Origin: a bacterium
GTDB taxonomy: Bacteria > Zhuqueibacterota > Zhuqueibacteria > Residuimicrobiales > Krinioviventaceae
Direction: 5' to 3'
Assembly: GCA_963675755.2 (NCBI GenBank)
Contig: CAXXMD010000002.1
Coordinates: 1,952,001 to 2,016,000, forward strand
Length of the DNA: 64,000 nt
In this document: piece after piece, positions 61,331 through 64,000 of the stretch
Numbering within the stretch: the stretch's first letter is position 1
Layout of the letters: each line of letters opens with the position of its first letter
Made by a program: the position numbers and the translations under genes
The notes under the pieces: model-generated
What the model saw: the letters and a program-made list of their open reading frames with translations, nothing else
Databases searched by the model: none
Told to the model about the DNA's origin: nothing

Positions 61331-63067
61331 ATGGGGCAAAACATATCCATCATTATCATGCTGCTTGTATTCGCCGGGATATCAACTGCGGCAGATTCAT
61401 ATCCGAATTGCATTCAAAATTCAAAAAATATTAAAGATCTGCATGTACAAAAGCACGTCTCTCAAACAAGTCCGGAAACCGGCACTGACAATCTTGTCAC
61501 CTATACACATGAGATTGATCTGGAAACCATTAATCATAACCAGGACATCTATGAATGCGGAGATCTGGTTATCACGAATCTCATGTTCGCGCATATTTTT
61601 GACACCATTCAGCGTGTTACATGCCGTTCAAAAAGTATTTCTCATCAGTATCTGGACAATGTCGTCATTAGAATCAATTACTATCTCGATGACGAGTTGA
61701 TGTATACCTATCCGTTTCTGGTTTACGACTATACATTCAATTGGCAGGGCATGCTCCCCTATTCCGGATCAATTCTCATGACGGCAACAAACGCATTGTC
61801 CTATAATCGTATCGAGTTGTTTGTCCAATATGAAATTGCAAGCCCCCAAGAAGATGATTTCTTTATGTGCGATCAATTGCTGTCCTGGTCTGAAAACTCG
61901 TTTGAACTTGCAAAAACCAACGCCAATAACGATTCATGGAAATGGCTGGGATGTATTATCAATTCGTCCAATTATCCGATACTTTCACCCGCTATCAGAA
62001 CTGATTTTTTCCTTAATAACCAGTTTGTACAAACGTCAAGGCCCTTTCTTTTTCCTGAATGTGAAAACTCGGATAATATAAAAATAAGAGATGTTTACCA
62101 GGCACCCGATTCTCTGATCTGGATCGAATTATCAAATTGCAGCGATGAAAACCAGGATTACTCTGGCTGGTCACTGGGAAACAGCACCAATCCCAAAGCA
62201 TATACCTTTCCCGAAAACAATTACATGTACAGAAAAACCATTATATGGTTATCCTCCGCTGATCTCAATTTTCAGGTTCTGGATGAGAATGGAGCGGTAT
62301 ATTTGTACGATAACACCGGAACATTGATTTCCACATGGGATGAAAATTCAAATAATCTACTGTTTCAACCGGAACAACATGTTTGTTTTGATGATTATAT
62401 CGTAACGAAATTGGGAGTTGATCGTTTCCAATTTTCTTTAACATACGAGCCCCAACCCCTTGAAGGCACTGGCAATATTCCGCCCAACCTCCCGCAAATG
62501 GAAAAACTCTTCTATGAAACAGAGGTAGGAGATGCATTATCGATTGAATTTTTTATAATCGATTACAATAACGATGACATGGAGCTCACCATTGATTGGG
62601 GAGACGGGACCAATTTTACAACCCTATCTGGTGTGGCTTCACGCTCGTTTCCGCAGTTCATCCACACCTATGCGGATACGGGAACGTTCTATATCAGCGC
62701 CAAAGCCTCAGACGACAGCTCGGAAACACAATGGAGTTTTGGCGTGCCGGTATATGTTTCAGGAACCCCTACAGCAATCGACCAGGAAAATGCTGCAAAT
62801 CCCGTAACCTTTGCGTTGCAGCAGAATTACCCCAATCCCTTCAATCCATCTACCACTATCAGTTATACGGTAGCGGAGAAAAGTACTGTACTTCTTGAAA
62901 TCTTTGACGTTAATGGCAGGCTGGTCAACACCCTGACCAACACCGAGCACCAGCCAGGATCATATCAACTGGACTGGAACGCCGCAACCCACAGCAGCGG
63001 AGTATACCTCTGTCGCATGACCGCAGGTAGTTATACAAGCGTCAGGAAAATGTTGTTGATCAAATAA
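61331..63067 (+). CDS. Tandem paralog of 59453-61210
   Basis: Same domain order; near-identical last ~170 aa. Confidence 0.82.
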   Translation: MGQNISIIIMLLVFAGISTAADSYPNCIQNSKNIKDLHVQKHVSQTSPETGTDNLVTYTHEIDLETINHNQDIYECGDLVITNLMFAHIFDTIQRVTCRSKSISHQYLDNVVIRINYYLDDELMYTYPFLVYDYTFNWQGMLPYSGSILMTATNALSYNRIELFVQYEIASPQEDDFFMCDQLLSWSENSFELAKTNANNDSWKWLGCIINSSNYPILSPAIRTDFFLNNQFVQTSRPFLFPECENSDNIKIRDVYQAPDSLIWIELSNCSDENQDYSGWSLGNSTNPKAYTFPENNYMYRKTIIWLSSADLNFQVLDENGAVYLYDNTGTLISTWDENSNNLLFQPEQHVCFDDYIVTKLGVDRFQFSLTYEPQPLEGTGNIPPNLPQMEKLFYETEVGDALSIEFFIIDYNNDDMELTIDWGDGTNFTTLSGVASRSFPQFIHTYADTGTFYISAKASDDSSETQWSFGVPVYVSGTPTAIDQENAANPVTFALQQNYPNPFNPSTTISYTVAEKSTVLLEIFDVNGRLVNTLTNTEHQPGSYQLDWNAATHSSGVYLCRMTAGSYTSVRKMLLIK

Positions 63068-63073
63068 ATCTCC

Positions 63074-63109
63074 AACTTGCAGTCCTAAAATAAAAGGACT
63101 GCAAGTTTT
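63074..63109. terminator. Terminator between convergent genes
   Basis: aacttgcagtcct..aggactgcaagtt-tt. Confidence 0.7.
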
Positions 63110-63140
63110 AAACGATCTCCAATTATTTCTTCATTCAAAT

Positions 63141-64000
63141 TCATACAGATGGCTTTATATTTTGATTTACATGAAACAGATTCTTTGGATCATATTTATT
63201 TTTGATCTTTACGAGTCTATCATAATTCATTTTATACGATGCTTTTACCCGGTCCTCTCCTTCTTCCATCATAAAATTCACATAAGCGCCACCAGCAGAA
63301 TAGGGATGGAGTGCATCATAATAATCTTTTGTCCATTTGGTTATTTTTCCATTATTTACCGGATCAGGATCTACTCCAACAATCACCTGCGACCAGGTTG
63401 CATCCCGATAACTCCAGGGTGTATCAGTCGCTCCAACTTTATGGGCCGCTCTATCAATAGGATAAAGATGCATTGTAGAATGACCGGTAGGCAATTGTTC
63501 GCTGAATTTTGCATGCTGTTTCACCGCATCATCACTCAATTCATTTACAAAATCTGCCCGCCAGTACCATTGTAATCCTGATGGATAGAAAACATCAAAC
63601 ATGCTCTGCAATGCCGGATAAGGAACAGGACCTACATGCTGAAAATCAGGGGGACCGAATTCCAGAATGGGTTTAAATTCTTTTTCAGCATTGTCCATAG
63701 AGCCCATATAATTCCATATAACACCGCACATCTTTTTACCATGCAAATGTTCCGGAAAAGGAGGCCCCGGTACAGTTAACGTGGCAAAAAATCCATACAA
63801 ATCATCAGAAGTATTTACAATAAAATCCCTATACCATTTCAAGACTTTTTCGGTTTTAGAGATATCCCATAGAGTGGGACCAGCATATACAGTATGAACC
63901 GGATGGGCCTGAAACAAAAAAGATGTGACAACGCCAAAATTGCCTCCACCTCCCCGAACAGCCCAAAACAGATCCTTGTTTTCTTTTGCATTCGCAACAA
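63141..64000 (-). CDS. FAD-linked oxidase (BBE-like), 5' part outside the window
   Basis: LFWAVRGGGGNFGVVT upstream of the listed ORF; AYVNF..NYDRLVKIKNKYDPKNLF. Confidence 0.9.
   Translation of the reverse strand, partial: VANAKENKDLFWAVRGGGGNFGVVTSFLFQAHPVHTVYAGPTLWDISKTEKVLKWYRDFIVNTSDDLYGFFATLTVPGPPFPEHLHGKKMCGVIWNYMGSMDNAEKEFKPILEFGPPDFQHVGPVPYPALQSMFDVFYPSGLQWYWRADFVNELSDDAVKQHAKFSEQLPTGHSTMHLYPIDRAAHKVGATDTPWSYRDATWSQVIVGVDPDPVNNGKITKWTKDYYDALHPYSAGGAYVNFMMEEGEDRVKASYKMNYDRLVKIKNKYDPKNLFHVNQNIKPSV

Noticed and set aside
60700-63067. Diversity-generating retroelement TR/VR pair
   Set aside because: Both copies are coding, differences are largely synonymous and not adenine-specific, and there is no reverse transcriptase.
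1-64000. rRNA, tRNA, prophage or retron genes
   Set aside because: No cloverleaf, rRNA signature, phage structural gene or reverse transcriptase was recognised by eye; a tRNAscan/Infernal run would be needed to exclude them formally.

Overview
Bacterial chromosomal window, AT-rich overall. It probably comes from an FCB-related lineage such as KSB1 or Calditrichota. This is an inference from eight secreted proteins ending in a 'NYPNPFNP...KMxLxK' T9SS/Por-type sorting domain together with a chemoreceptor and Shine-Dalgarno-led genes. Coding content: three tandem paralog pairs (PKD/Fn3 cargo proteins, propeller sensor kinases, lamin-tail cargo proteins), glycan enzymes (GH99-like, GH92, sulfatase), an intact IS3-family element, two orphan RHS toxin/immunity modules, an orphan double-CXXCG gene, an ECF sigma/anti-sigma/Spy locus, a TonB receptor, a PP2C-Hanks kinase-small secreted protein operon, an MCP, a single-chain restriction-modification enzyme and a DUF438/DUF1858 operon behind an FNR-type box. 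No rRNA, tRNA or CRISPR array was seen. Most notable: (1) both unrelated RHS modules are bracketed by the same left (~150 bp) and right (~70 bp) non-coding repeats. (2) A double-hairpin element family keeps its geometry and C-GNA-G loops while the stem sequences covary, and is linked to a 90-bp repeat array with a fixed AATGACAT-N15-CTCAGTT tail. (3) Three identically spaced ECF-type promoters (CGCARGG-N15-CGTCA) suggest a regulon of a secreted sulfotransferase, a DUF1566 protein and a CotH kinase. All family calls come from motif recognition by eye; no searches were run.
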